DNA of 64,000 nucleotides from Eledone cirrhosa (lineage: Eukaryota): the NCBI GenBank assembly GCA_964016885.1, contig OZ024742.1:237522001-237586000 (forward strand), read 5' to 3'. Each line of letters begins with the position of its first letter. Positions within the stretch are counted from its first letter, which is position 1. Shown here piece after piece: positions 12,466 to 25,935 of this stretch. Made by a program: the position numbers and the translations under genes. The notes under the pieces were generated by a model. That model did not search any database and was not told the origin of the DNA. It worked only from the letters and a program-made list of their open reading frames with translations.

Positions 12466-14856
12466 AAGCATGTGTGTGTGATAGAAAGGAAGTGAGTAAG
12501 TGATATAGAGGAAGAATAAACACCAGTACTGAACTGGTACTATATGTATTACAAAAATCTTCTTTTCTCTTTATCTCTCATTTAACCAATAGAAAACAGA
12601 CCAATAACGATTATCCCCGATTTTCTCTTTTAAGACCAACAAATTGCTTATTGCTTTTGTTAATTCTTAAAACCCAGCCGGTCCCTCAAATCTTTTTATC
12701 AGATTAGCACCAAAATGACATATACTGCACTTTCAGAGGTACTTAAACTCTTCACTTGAATACATAGTTATTTCTCTCGTTACAACCCTCAAACTGAGGT
12801 ATAAATGTCAATGAAATGTAAGTCTTCGTAAAGGCACATGATTTCCCCTTTTGACGAGTATAGGCCACTGAAAAGTATGATGCATTTTCCGTCAGCTTCG
12901 GTGATGAGTATTGAATCTTTTGATCAACTGAAAATTTAGGTCGTGCTTTATTTGTAAATGGTAGTTTATTACACTTAACGCAATCCCAAATGAATTAACA
13001 TGACACAATATGTGACAGGACCGGTCCTTTGAATTACAGCTTCAGTCGATCCGACTTGGTTCCACACAGTTTTCGTTTATCTAATTTCATTTACAAGGCT
13101 TGAGTGGGCTCAAGGCTACGGTAAAAATATTATGCCAGGCAGTAATTGTAATGCGAATCTCTTGACTACTCAGCCACTACTCTATACCAATGTTGATAAA
13201 CTAGAGGCGCTACATTTAAAACACCCGAGAAACCTTCTATGAGATGTAAGCTTTTTCGATGCCAGCTAAACCGCCTTAGGTAGGAACTGTAACAATAACA
13301 CAATATGTCAGATCATTGAAACACCCAAAAAATCCTATGCGATAAAATTTTGTAGGAGGCTAGCTGAACCTACTTAGGTTTGAGCTGTAACATCTGTAAG
13401 GTTTCTGAGAAGTTACAGAAAATAAAACAAAACCTTTGAAGCTCCAAATATATCTATTATCAATTCTATTCAATAAATTTCAAACGTTTTGTCACTATAG
13501 TCTTTCACTCTAAGGAATTGTATTATATATGTTTTTAAATATTTGTCTGTATATAGACATGAACCAGTCTCCCTGCTATGGGCAAGTAACCATTTTGCCT
13601 GAAGGGTCAGCTCAGGAAAGCACATAGCTAGAAGAAGCAAACTACAAAACCAAATACATTGCTGACAAGCGGAGGCATTTATGACATTTGGTTGACGGAG
13701 AAAATCGGATGTTGTTGTTGGGCTTCCGATAGTTCGGATGACGAGTGTTCCAGTTGTTAGATCAAAGGAACAACCTGTCAGATCAACAAATATTGTCTAT
13801 TTATTATCCTTCGGTGCTATTTATAATGACTCAGTATTGTCCTTTGTCGGCTCCGAGGGTGAGATTTTCTGTTCGAATGACGGAACTGTCTGCTTGTGAA
13901 ATTAACGCGCAACTTCCTGAGCATTTCACAGAGACATGCACCCTTAACGTAGTCTTCTGGGAGATTCAGTTTCCACTGTGTGTTTAAGAGAGAGAAAGAC
14001 AAAGTTGGCCCTTTGAATTACAGGTACAGTCCATCTTGTATTATACTGTGACTGAGTATTCCACATACACGCATAACCATAACGCAATTCTCAGGAAAAT
14101 CCAGCGTGACACAATGTGTGACAAAGCTGGTTCTTTGAATTACATGCACAGCCCATTCGACGAGCTTCTGAATTATTTCTGTCTGCCTAAATTCACTGAC
14201 AAATCTAGGGTAGAACCGGGGCTTGGTAAATAACATTTGCCCAAGACGCCACACAGTAGAATCAAATCTGGAACCTCATCATTGCTAAGCGAATTTTTCA
14301 TCTATTCGTCCATACTGCATTCACAAAGTACCAAGAAAAACAATCGGAGCGGCAGAGAAGGCTACAACAATAATCCATGTGGATTGCAAGGAGGTAAATC
14401 AAATCAATGGTTCATGCCATATCTGGATGATAGGTAATAATTTGTCTCGAATCAAGGATTTGAATTGACTACTAAAACTATGCTACATATGAGGTCCGAC
14501 AAGGCTCAATTCGCGAGCCAATCCTATTTCTTATATATGACGTGTACTTTGCCATAAAATGGCAAGGTTTTCCATTTGAAGATGATATTAATCATCTAAA
14601 TATTAATGAAAATAGGGAAAAAATTCAAAACCAGTTAACATACCTTTGAAAATTCTATATAATTGAATGATTGCAAATATGATCTCGCTTAATACTGATA
14701 AAACTAAATTAATAATTTTCCGGAAATAAGGTGAGTAGGCATCAAAACTGAAAATCAAACTGTATGGTCATATAATTCACCTTTCAAAACATTAATTATG
14801 TTAATATTTACCTAAATGAAACACTAAATATCACTATAATATTCTATAATATATTA

Positions 14857-15785
14857 TCTCTCTATATATAAAACAGAGGATGTCTGCCTGTCTGTGTAAA
14901 TCCCTAAAACTCGAGAAGTACCCGACCGATTTTTTTCAAACTTTACACATGCGTTACTTATATTTCTTGACGCGCAATGGCCTAACATATTTTTAACTTT
15001 TTCTGACCTAGGGCCCACATTAGGCGAAAAACCGCATTTTAAAGGCATTTTTATGCTTTTTTAAGGCGTAACTTAGAGATAATCCAGCCGATTTCCTCGA
15101 ACTTTGCAGCATACATTAGTTAGTCCCCTCGCATTGCTGTGGACAAAAAAACATTTCCGATTTCATTAATGGTTTCTAGGAAATTTACGAATTAGCATTG
15201 GGCATTACATACCATTTTCCTTTTCAATATAAACGCTACTTAAACATCGTAAGTAGCGTATATTTCGTTAAAAATGTGGTTTATTTAGCAGAGGACACAA
15301 CACTTATTTACTTTTAAGCAGGACCATTTTCGGGGCATTGAGGAAATGAGGAGGACCTTAAAATTTTTGTCGGCGCCTTGTTGACGCTTCGTGCTTTCAT
15401 CACACGCAAATCCGAATCCTCTGTACGTTGCCGTGTTATTGACACCGTAAAACTCACGTCTGTGCTACTTCTACTAAGACCCCTTTTGTTGCATCTTACA
15501 CCGCAGTATAAACTCCCTGTGCAAGTACGCCGAACAGCGGTTATGCTAATTCCACGGTGACCCCCTTCTGTTGCAGCTGCGTTGCCACGCTGATATCATC
15601 ATCTCAATATATCTACTTAAACGTACATCCCTACTTGGTTTTCACACAATTGACTATGTCGCTCCTCAATCATTCCCTGAGAATAAGGGAATTCAAAAAG
15701 TACACAGCTACATTCCTCAATCTTTGCATATGCGTGTTGCTATTTCACGTTTCCTACCCCGTGCTACGCCGGGTCCTGCTGCTAG
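14857..15785 (+). mobile_element. Non-autonomous Helitron
   Basis: 5' A|TCTCTCTATATATAAAA; 3' GC-rich hairpin cccgtgctacgccggg then CTAG|T. Inserted at an A-T junction inside a decayed LINE-like sequence. Confidence 0.85.
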
Positions 15786-17699
15786 TATTACTATAATATT
15801 CCTTTAAAACAAAATCTAGGAAGAGCAAATAGTATCCCGTGCAAAGCTAGGCACTACTTAAGTAGCCACGATGATAAAATATTGTATCATGCAATATTCT
15901 CATCTCACTTGTATGATGGATGTCAGATTCGGGGCCAAACAGTTAGCAATCACGATTAAGAAACATTTTACAGAATAGGGCAATGCTAACTTTTGTACAG
16001 GTTGTGATACTCTGTACTACCAATTAAGAGTATTCAAAGACCACATCAAATTACAAAACCGTATTCTCAGATATATTTTTCAAAAGATTCTCATCACTTC
16101 AACACTAAGCATTCTGTTGTTGGTCGTCTTTATGTAATTACAAGCAGCCCTGTAAAGTATGGCCTGAATTCAGTTACAATAAAATACATTGGCCAACTGA
16201 ATTGCATAACCAAAACATTAAAGCACAAACTATTTGACGTACCTAAAAAATGATTTGAAAGTGAATATGATCAATCTCTTCTTTCAGACATATCTGCGTC
16301 CAATAAATACCACTCAGTCATATACAAAGGTATTTTACTTCTATCATAACCCATTTCTCTCTTCTCCCCTCCCTAACTCTTACCCCTCTATCAATCTCTT
16401 ACCCTCCTTCTATGTCATGCTTAGAGACATTACGAAATGGAGAGATATGGTTGCCTACGTTGAATGGCATGACCTCCTAACTGTAAACACAGCTTTCAGC
16501 TTTCTTTTCCAAAATAGAAATGTTTACATTTATGTTCTATCAGTTTCATCTTTAATGTCTTCCCGCATATACTAAGCATAGAAATTCTCATTTCAGGTAT
16601 TTGGAGAATTCATTCTTTCTCTCTATCTTCATCTTCTCTATCTCTCTGTTTCGCCCCCTCTTTTTATCTCTCTAGCTCTATCCTTCTCTCACTTTTCCGC
16701 TCTCTCTGTCTTTCTCTCTCTATCTCTCACTCTCATTGTCTCTCTTTCTCTCTTTCTCTCTGTCTCGCAATCACTCTCACTCTGTCTCTCTGTTTCGCTC
16801 TCATTCTGTCTCTATCCTGTTTCTATCATTCTCTATTCATCTTTCAATTACTCTCTATCCATTTCTCTATCTCTGTTTGTTTGCTTGTACTTCTCGCAAA
16901 AGTTAGTGACAGAGTGTTGAAAATGATTTTAATTAAATAAACGGATTATGACATTCGTTGATAATACGATACATACAACTAAACTGCACAAATATTTACT
17001 TTACCTTTAAGGATAACATTCCAGCTGCACGAACTCTTTAGGAATTCACTAACTCTCATTAAACTAACTGTCAATGATCCGGGAAACATTCCAGGATTTT
17101 ATTCTTATATTTTCCCCAATGTTTTTCTTGTTTTCACCTCGTATTTCTGCTTGGAATTGCGATCGGCAGATAATAGTAGTAATGGAAAGATTTATTGTTT
17201 CCTTGGCCTGATCTTAAAATCGGTTCCTTTTCTTTTTCTTTTCCCTTTTTTGTTTCATGTTTCCTCTTCTGATAGATAGTGCATAGGACCTATTTCGCAC
17301 TATTTTACAACTATCTAGATCCCAAACTGATCTATATAGACACTTCGCGGTAGATAGCATTTTGGTAAATAAAACCTTAGGCGTTCACAGTGCGTGAATT
17401 TACAGTCTGCATTTATTAAACCCTTTATGAAAAAGGAAAGATGCCGATCATCAGATCGGATCAAGAAAACAATGTTTCCATATGTCTTTTCATTCCTTAT
17501 ACTACCTGCTAGTTTCAAACATATGCGGAAAAATATTTTGCCCAAGAACACAATGTGGCATCGATCCAGGAATCGAACTCACGATCCTTTGATCCTGAGT
17601 CCAGCACTCTAACCACTAAGCCTTTATTATGGGATAATAAAAAACCACTGGAACATGCAAATAAGCTGCCATATATCGTACACCTAGCTGAATGCAAAT

Positions 17700-18717
17700 T
17701 TAGACACCTTTCTTCAAGATGAATTTTTTAAAATGAGTTTCGATTTTCAAAAGTTCACATTTAAAGGAATTAGGTATTATTGGATTGGCATAAAAAAACT
17801 GTATCAAAATATCCTAAGCTTTGTACAGCTTTTGAGTCTATTTTACTAGCTTTTACAAACTTATATATGGTGGAATCTGGGTTTAGCCATGCGCATTATT
17901 TACTAAGCAAACAGAGAAGCCCATTGAACATAGAAAATGGTGATTTAGTGCTCAAAATAACAAACCAGCAACCTAATATTCGTGTTAAAAAAACGCATTA
18001 AACAATAATTCAAGCAATAAAGTTGTGTTTCCATTTTTAATTTACTGATTTTAATTAGTTATGTTTTGTAATTTTATATTCGAATGGGTCTTATTAGACG
18101 CAAACACCTTCAAATAATCCGTCTGGATCCCGAAGTCAAACCAACTGAGCTAATGGATGTTTTTCAATCATCTTGATCGTGATCTACCACTAGATCTGCA
18201 AGTTGGCTTTGCCCGTAAATCTGTCTTGCGATTCTTTCTTTAGACATTCTAACTACTCGTCCGTACTACCTGTGCTGTGATCTCTCGATGCAGAGAAGTA
18301 GTGGCTCTACTTGGAGTGACTCCCTGATCTTGTAGTTACGCACCCGATTAAACTCTTCTGCGGAAGCCTATTTCAGTCGCTTTGCACTTCTTATGAGTAC
18401 ATCTACATTCTGAAGCGCATGTTTCACAATACTCTTAACAAAACATAATTTTACTTACCTTTGTTATTGTGTAATTAAAACAGCAAGGTTTCGAAACTGA
18501 TTAAAACCCTACTAATTAGGAGAATTAACAAAATCGGTGAATTATCGTGAAAAAATGTTAGTGAAGTAGTTCCCTGACCAAGGACCCGTTTTACTAAAAT
18601 GAATTTTATGTTCGCGTATTTAACAAAATACTTGAACGCTTTAACTTAGCTCATGGGTCACCAGATTTACCTTTGCGGAGCATCACAGGTCTGTGGACCA
18701 CAGTTTGGGAACCGGTG
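17700..18717 (+). mobile_element. hAT (Charlie/Buster-like) transposon 3' remnant
   Basis: 17780-18001 resembles the hAT dimerisation domain (YPKL...LLAFTNLYMVESGFS...LSKQRSPL..GDL). The terminus ggtctgtggaccacagtttgggaaccggtg looks like a hAT right end. Confidence 0.75.
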
Positions 18718-19408
18718 CGTTAGTGTAAAGAAAAGGAAATGTAGAGTATTTGAGAGACAGTAGCCTTATACAGTTATACCATCTCTTTCAAAACAAAATA
18801 TGATTTTAAAAATGCTTATACCATTAGGTTGACCCTGTGTGATAAGAACTATGGTCAATAGCGTTTTTGCCATGACCACTCCATAGTTTTTTCAGGGATC
18901 ATGTATCAGATGTAGTTTCAAATTACCCTTTTCAAGGGTAATTTTGGGAAATTTTGTTGTTATTTCTAGCATATCAAGGGGCAACGTAGAATATTTTTTG
19001 TCTATTAGTGACCGATTGTGTTAAAAAGAAAATTAAAAAATCGATTCATGGGATCTAAACTTCTCACAGATGTGAGGACGCCGCCGAGACACATGGCGTG
19101 TCTTGGACATGTTAAACTTAGTGGAACATGTTTGAACAGAGCCAATTTCTTCCAGAGAATCAGAAAGAGTGTAGGAAAAAAGAGAGACAATGAAAAAATC
19201 GGCCCCACTATTGGACGGACACTTTATTAATCTATCTTGAAAAGGTTAAAGGTAAATTTGAACTTGCTAAGATATAAACTCATAGCGTAGAGAAGCTGAA
19301 CGAACACTGTAAAGTAATCTATCTTCGCCGCCATAAGCCCCACTATACACACACACACACATTCGCACACACACACACACATTCGCACACACCTCGCACA
19401 CACACATA

Positions 19409-19510
19409 CCGACAGTCGATCGACTTTCGTCAAATCGGACCGAGGAAACAATGTTTCCGTTGGTCTTTCTAATTGTAATACTATCTATCGGTCGCAACTC
19501 CAAGTAGAAG
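19409..19510 (+). mobile_element. MITE copy retaining left TIR
   Basis: ta|ccgacagtcgatcgactttcgtcaaatc...; the body matches 34458-34570, which has the complementary right TIR. Confidence 0.65.
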
Positions 19511-20310
19511 GAGCAACGTGAAATAAAATGTCTTGCTCAAGGACATAACACATGGCCCGGTCCAGGAATCGAACTCACAACCTCACAATTGCGAATCCAA
19601 TTCTCTAGCCACTCACGCACACATATATAGAAGTCTATTAACAAAGATCCTATATTACTTTCCTTTTCTTGATTTTCTATCTCTTTTTTATGAATCCTTA
19701 GGAACGGAACTGCATCTATAAATATAAAATATTTCTATACACAAATACGCATATAAACGTATACGTACACATATAAACACACGCGCAAACACACACATAT
19801 AAACACACGTGATAAACACATAAACACGTAAATATACACAAAAACACAGCCGCCCCTTCCCCATACACACACGGAAATAAATACAAAACTAACCGTAGTA
19901 GCAATAGAAATGTGAAAATGTAAGTGTGTCAACCTGTTTCTTGTGTATGAGCACCTACTCACGGCCATTATATACATGTACACACAAACATAAATATGAA
20001 TACACGCACTAACATATTCACTCACATACATACACATACAAACACACACATACAGCCACATATGTGTGTATACATAAGTAGCCTTATCTATATATTCACC
20101 GTGGTTATGTATTTTACATTTTTCTAAATTCATCTTACTTCATATTTCCAGTTATGTATATTTTCACTTTGGGTTGATTTAAGAAAAACATATTTCAATA
20201 AATTTGTGTCAGGAGCTTTTCACCATTTCCTGTTTAGATGAGTATATTTATTTATTTTTTCTTTCCGTCTTCCCTTTCACTAATGGTCTTGATATCCAAA
20301 CAGTAATGCG

Positions 20311-20390
<80 letters not shown>

Positions 20391-20568
20391 AAAAAATGAA
20401 ATTTCATGTATACAGACGTACAGTAGTATGTATATACATACATACATGCACACACATATATATATGTACGTGTGGGTTTACTGAACATTTATTATAATGT
20501 TCGGTTTGTTTGTAAACAAACAGCCCGAATTAAGCCGTACAGTGTTCGGCAACCATCGTTGCCCTTTT

Positions 20569-20655
20569 GTTCAACACTGACAAAGGAACGATGAACTATT
20601 TTCTAGCTTATTAGCTGTCATCAGCACCGTATACCTTCCTGTCAGTCGATTGAAC
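20569..20655 (-). ncRNA. Mirror hammerhead with stem III mismatch
   Basis: Reverse complement of the plus copy, but GAAAATAG replaces GAAACTAG. Confidence 0.6.
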
Positions 20656-20892
20656 GTTTGAAAGTATAAACTTTCCTTATGCATATGTATACATATATGT
20701 ATGTACGTCTGTATACATATATGTATGTACGTATAGATCTTATATTTAAGTATCAGCCGTACTAAGAGCGAGAAATGAAATTTCATTTTTTCCATTTATC
20801 GTGTTCGGTACGCCCGGCCGACTAACTCACTCGATATGCAAATTAGGCTGCTCAGCCGTTAATATGCATAAGGAAAGTATATACTTTCAAAC

Positions 20893-20979
20893 GTTCAATC
20901 GACTGACAGGAAGGTATACGGTGCTGATGACAGCTAATAAGCTAGAAACTAGTTCATCGTTCCTTTGTCAGTGTTGAAC
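20893..20979 (+). ncRNA. Extended type I hammerhead ribozyme
   Basis: CGGTG-CTGATGA-cAGCT(aata)AGCTa-GAAA-C(ta)G-TT-CATCG. Stem I extends past a GGTATA bulge via GGAA/TTCC, ACTGACA/TGTCAGT and GTTCAA/TTGAAC. Confidence 0.78.
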
Positions 20980-21194
20980 AAAAGGGCAACGATGGTTGCC
21001 GAACACTGTACGGATTAATTCGGGCTGTCTGTTTACAAACAAACCGAACATTATAATAAATGTTCGGTAAACCCATACGTACATATATATATTTGTATGC
21101 ATGTATGTATGTATATACATACTACTGTACGTCTGTATACATATATGTATGTACGTATACATACTTATATTTATATATATATAAATATATATGT

Positions 21195-21232
<38 letters not shown>

Positions 21233-21236
21233 GTGC

Positions 21237-21323
<87 letters not shown>

Positions 21324-21442
21324 AAAGATCGGAAGCCATATTCATTTCGAAATGTGAATAACGGGATGATGTAATAGAATAAAATGATGTTAAATATGAG
21401 ATACCGTCTCTCTTTCTTTTTCCCTCTATATATACACACACG

Positions 21443-21548
<106 letters not shown>

Positions 21549-21944
21549 AAGTGACACTAAGAATTGCAGCATTTTGTAAACTTTATTACATATTACAATT
21601 TTTTTCCATATCGATCAGCGTGGGTTTGATCATTCGATCGGACCACGACTCTTAATCGACATTTGTTCATATATGAGAGTTTACATGGGTGGTCCCATCC
21701 AAACTATTGACATATGTCCCATGTTCGTTTTATATGCTTGTTATTGGATGGGTGGGGGACGGACTACCCCAACCAAGTAATATTATTTCAATCAATTTCA
21801 CTTCATATATTCACCTTATACATCAATCCCAAACAGCTACTTTCCATGTATTTCACCTAAACCCCAACTTACGTATATTAAACTATATTTCACGCATATT
21901 AAACTATATTTAATGCTGGTCTATAATTTTGAATATGTTTATTC

Positions 21945-23452
21945 AGACTGGAGGTGATGAGGGGCGTCCCACGCGAACTGGGATGCGGGAGATTCGTGTC
22001 GGCTTAGCCCTGGGTCAGGAAAAGACCGAGAGATAGCGCTTGGACGCTAGAATGTCTCCAAGTGTTCACCACCCTCTAACAGTTGGGCATTAGTAATGGG
22101 TCCGGAGGAAGCGGTCCCTGAAAGGTCGGGCGGAGGTGGCGAATGTGTTCATCGTGTCCGTCATTTGCTACCACCTAACCGTTGTGCCTTGCCCCGGTCC
22201 AATTCTGACAAAAACGGAGCGCCTTCTCTTCCGCTTTTTATGGAAGGGACGTGCTCCCATGGTCAGACGATCCATCTGCTGTCAGCACCCGTTGCAGGGA
22301 GGACTGGGCATGCCGTGGCTGATGATGCGCAAACACGCGCTGAGGCTACGATATCTCTGGTGCTTCCTTGACGGTGAACAGGTGTGGTCACCGTTTGCCA
22401 GACGTATTTTTCCCCGAGATCGTCTCATTAACGGAGCTGCAGTCCTGGATCAGGAAAATACCGAGGGATAGCGCTTGGAAGCTAGAATGTCTCCAAGCGC
22501 TCACAGCCTTCTACCAGCTGGGCACTAGTATCGGTGGAACTTCCACCTCGGCGTTCTATAGAGGGCTAGTGGAGGGGAAGAACGTGACGTTCTCGGGAAG
22601 ACCCTGGGCGTCGAGGACGATCAGCTGTCTGCTCTCTTCAAACGAACTTTCAGACCGGGGCCTATGGACAACTTCCAGAAATCCATGGCCTGGCAGTGCA
22701 ACCGGGAAGCGTTCCCGGTTCGGGATAAGCTCTACAGGCACGGAGGTGCTGTCAGCCGAGCCTGTCCGGGATGCGCGCAGGACGACGAAACCGTCCTGCA
22801 CGCACTCGTTCAGTGCCCAAGGATTACTGACTTGTGGAGCTATGTCGAACAGTTGCTGTCGCGTGTAGGACGGATCCGGTTATCGACTGAGTCCATTGTG
22901 CAGATAGTCCCGCCATCCTCCTTTAAAGAGGAGGAAGGGCAGGCTGTTTTCATCTGCCTGGTGGCCATGGCGAAAAAGATTGTGTGGTAGACAAGGTTGA
23001 AAGGGTTGAGGACGGACACTTTCCTCTCCGGCCAATACCTAATTAATTCTTTCAAGTTTCACTTGAAGAAGAAAATCAGGGTGGAGAGGCATGTGCTGTC
23101 TTCTAGTAAGTTTGTTGAAAGGTGGGTGAAAGTGGCGTGTTTGGTCCGAGTGAACGGGCCCGCTCTGAGTATACGCCTGTAGACTGAGGAGTGGGAAAAC
23201 TGAGAGAGGGCACTTGCCCTGGTGGTCAGGGTGGCCGTGGTCTTTTGTGTGGGGTTTTCGCCACGAGAGACCCTCGGAGGCTTCCTCCTTTTTGGGGAAT
23301 TTTTGTTATTTGAATTTTTAATTTGTTTTTACACGTTTCTGTCTTGTTATAATCTTTTTACACGGCCCAAACCCACTTTGTATCGTCCTGTACCGTTCTG
23401 TACCGTCTATAATGTTTTTCTTCATGTTAGCCCTTGTGGCCAATAAAGAAAC

Positions 23453-23453
<1 letters not shown>
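21945..23453 (+). mobile_element. Tx1/L1-clade LINE 3' fragment (pseudogene)
   Basis: SLKGRAEVAN, FRFLWKG, QGGLGMP, zinc-knuckle CPGCAQDDETVLHALVQCP; AATAAA then (ATT)n. Confidence 0.85.
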
Positions 23454-23500
<47 letters not shown>

Positions 23501-24058
23501 TACTATTACTATCATTTTAGTGATAAAAAAACGTGTTTGTCTTTATTTTTGCTTCATTTTATCATCATTCTGATATTCATCTCTTCTTCATCTTAGCAAT
23601 GAATATAAAAGTTATTTGATGTTTGCTGCTGAATCGGTTGTAGATTAGTTTCCAGTTGATATATTCCATGCAAGATACTTAATGATCTTGAAGATAAGCA
23701 ATTTTCAATGCTTCGCTAAGCTCCATTTCGGCTTATCGTTTCTTTAATATTATGACCTTTTCCTTTTTTTTTCCTGACGTCTGTGGAAGATGAAGATATA
23801 TGTGATTAGAAAGGTTTATAGAGCAACAGAAGAAATACTACAACCATTGAATAAGATTGGATACTTTGGTTGGACGGTTGAGTTTGCTGATTAGCTGACG
23901 GTAAAAAGTTTAACAAGGATAAAAATGAAAATGTCTGCACTTTCTTTTCAAAACCAGATTCAGAAATACTTGATTATGAACTAGTGGTCATATTTCATAC
24001 CCTCCATGAAGGCACGTGGCGGCCTAGTGGCTAGGGATGTGTGGCTTACGTTCATTTA

Positions 24059-24137
24059 TTGGGTCGTCAAATATGAAATTTGTAGAAATTTGTTGAAAAA
24101 GCCCAAATTTCTACAAATTTCATACTTGACGACCCAA
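24059..24137. mobile_element. 79-bp mariner-type MITE nested in a SINE
   Basis: ta|ttgggtcgtcaaatatgaaatttgtagaaattt...aaatttctacaaatttcatacttgacgacccaa|ta: long TIRs with TA TSD. Confidence 0.8.
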
Positions 24138-24439
24138 TAGTCGTGTGTTGTGTTATTAAACAAAATACTTCATTTGAAGTTGCTCCTTCAGACAGAAGTT
24201 GCTCCTTCAGACAGAAGTTGCGTCCGACAGACAGAATCATTGTTTATGTGGTCTATTCTGACGATCAGCACTCTTCCTTTTTTTTTTCTTCCCTTTTCAT
24301 GATAAGGCCCCTATAATTAAAATACTGAAGTTACCACACATAGGTGGGAATTAAAAATTTCATTTTTTAATGTTGTTTTGAACTCTACATCTTTTTATAG
24401 ACTTGTAAGGTTTGAACGTTCACAGAAAAATTACAGAGA

Positions 24440-24840
24440 AAAATACTAACATTTGAAATTAGATGTTACAGAAAAAATATGAACATCTCTTAGCCGGAAT
24501 ACATAAGTAAAGAAAACATTCATACGGCAATCAGGCAACGCGTGGGCAACTAGGAAGACTTGCTAACCTCTGTAAAGAAAAGGAGATGGTGTAGTCACGT
24601 GATAAGATCGGATATATAAACCTAGACGGTCTTCCAAGGGACAGTTTGGGAAAAGGGCAAAGATGTCAAAAAAGGGGCGCATATCACCAGGGAATGGATC
24701 AGTAAAGACTTTCTGACAAACCTATACCAAGGCATGCGGCAGAGATAGGTGGAGGTAGGTGGTACACATCTCCATTCTGCAACGCCCCCACGATCCTGGA
24801 GAGTCAAGAGGAAAGGGCGGTGCAGAGACGTTAGCAAAGG
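24440..24840 (+). mobile_element. Decayed RTE-like LINE 3' fragment
   Basis: Frameshifted remnants resembling LLTSVKKRRW..HV.R..KT..QGTV. Confidence 0.5.
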
Positions 24841-25529
24841 GCTGATGCTTTTCCTTCTTTGAAATAGCCATAAATAATTGTTTCTACTTTTGGCACAAGT
24901 ACATTACTGTTACTTATCCCAGTACATTACTGCTACTTTATTTTATCAACCCCGTAAGGATGAAAGGCAAATTAATCTCGGCGGGATTTGAACTCAGACC
25001 GTAAAGGGACGTAACTATTCTGTAAAGACTGGCGACACGTATGCACATGACTTGAGGAGGCTCTAAGCTATACACAACTTGGAAATCACTTGTTGAATTT
25101 CAACAGATCTTAAAAAAAAACTGATAGTGACGACAGGTGGGTGCCAATGATAGTTGTGATGGCGATGATGGCGATGTTGATGGTAATGACGGCGATGATA
25201 ATGATAATGGTTACGATGGTAACAATGATAATGGTGATAATAATGATAACAATAACTAGCATTGAAGAAATTCAAGTGAGAGCCAATAACTTTCTATTTG
25301 GATAGATATTGGATGCATAACTGATGTCTTTGTTTTCCATATTCCTTTTCGCTATTTCTTTCTCACTCTCGCTTTCCTTCCATCTCCTTTTCTCTCCAAC
25401 ATCAGAGAATGTGTTCAACAAACCGTGACATTTAGTAATCACACCAACTCACAACTGTCCGGTATAGTCATTTGATGTAAATTTATTTATTATCGATTCA
25501 CACTTTTCAGCATTATTACATTATCATTG

Positions 25530-25935
25530 GACGGTGGATTGGCAGTATCGGTAGAGGGTCGGACGCCATGCTTTCCAGCCTAGGGTTAGGCCCCTTTACG
25601 GTTTGAGTTCAAATCCCGCCGAGATTAACTTTGCTTTTCATCCTTACGTGGTCGATAAAATAAAGTACGAGTAATGCACTGGAATAATTGCTGGCCTTGT
25701 GCCAAAAGTAGAAAAAATTATTACATTATCATTATTGAATTAACAGTGTCGGTAGAGCGTCGGAAACCATGCTTTGCAGCATAGAGTTACGTCTCTTTAC
25801 GTTCTGAGTTCAAATCCCGCCGAAGTTAGTAATGCCTTTTCTCCTTACGGGGTAACGCACTGGGGTTGATTTAATCGACTTTTCTCTCCCCCCAAAATTG
25901 CTGGCCTTGTGCCAAAAGTAGAAACAATTATTACT
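25530..25935 (+). mobile_element. Two tandem SINE family A copies
   Basis: Two head-to-tail copies, each ending ggccttgtgccaaaagtagaaa(c/a)aattatta. Confidence 0.85.

Larger units (their letters stand above)
20387..21175. mobile_element. Non-coding HHR-bearing element with inverted arms and terminal redundancy (retrozyme/pLTR-like)
   Basis: 20406-20687 is inverted relative to 20861-21142. 20700-20750 repeats directly at 21125-21175. (TA)n flanks; no ORF. Confidence 0.8.
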
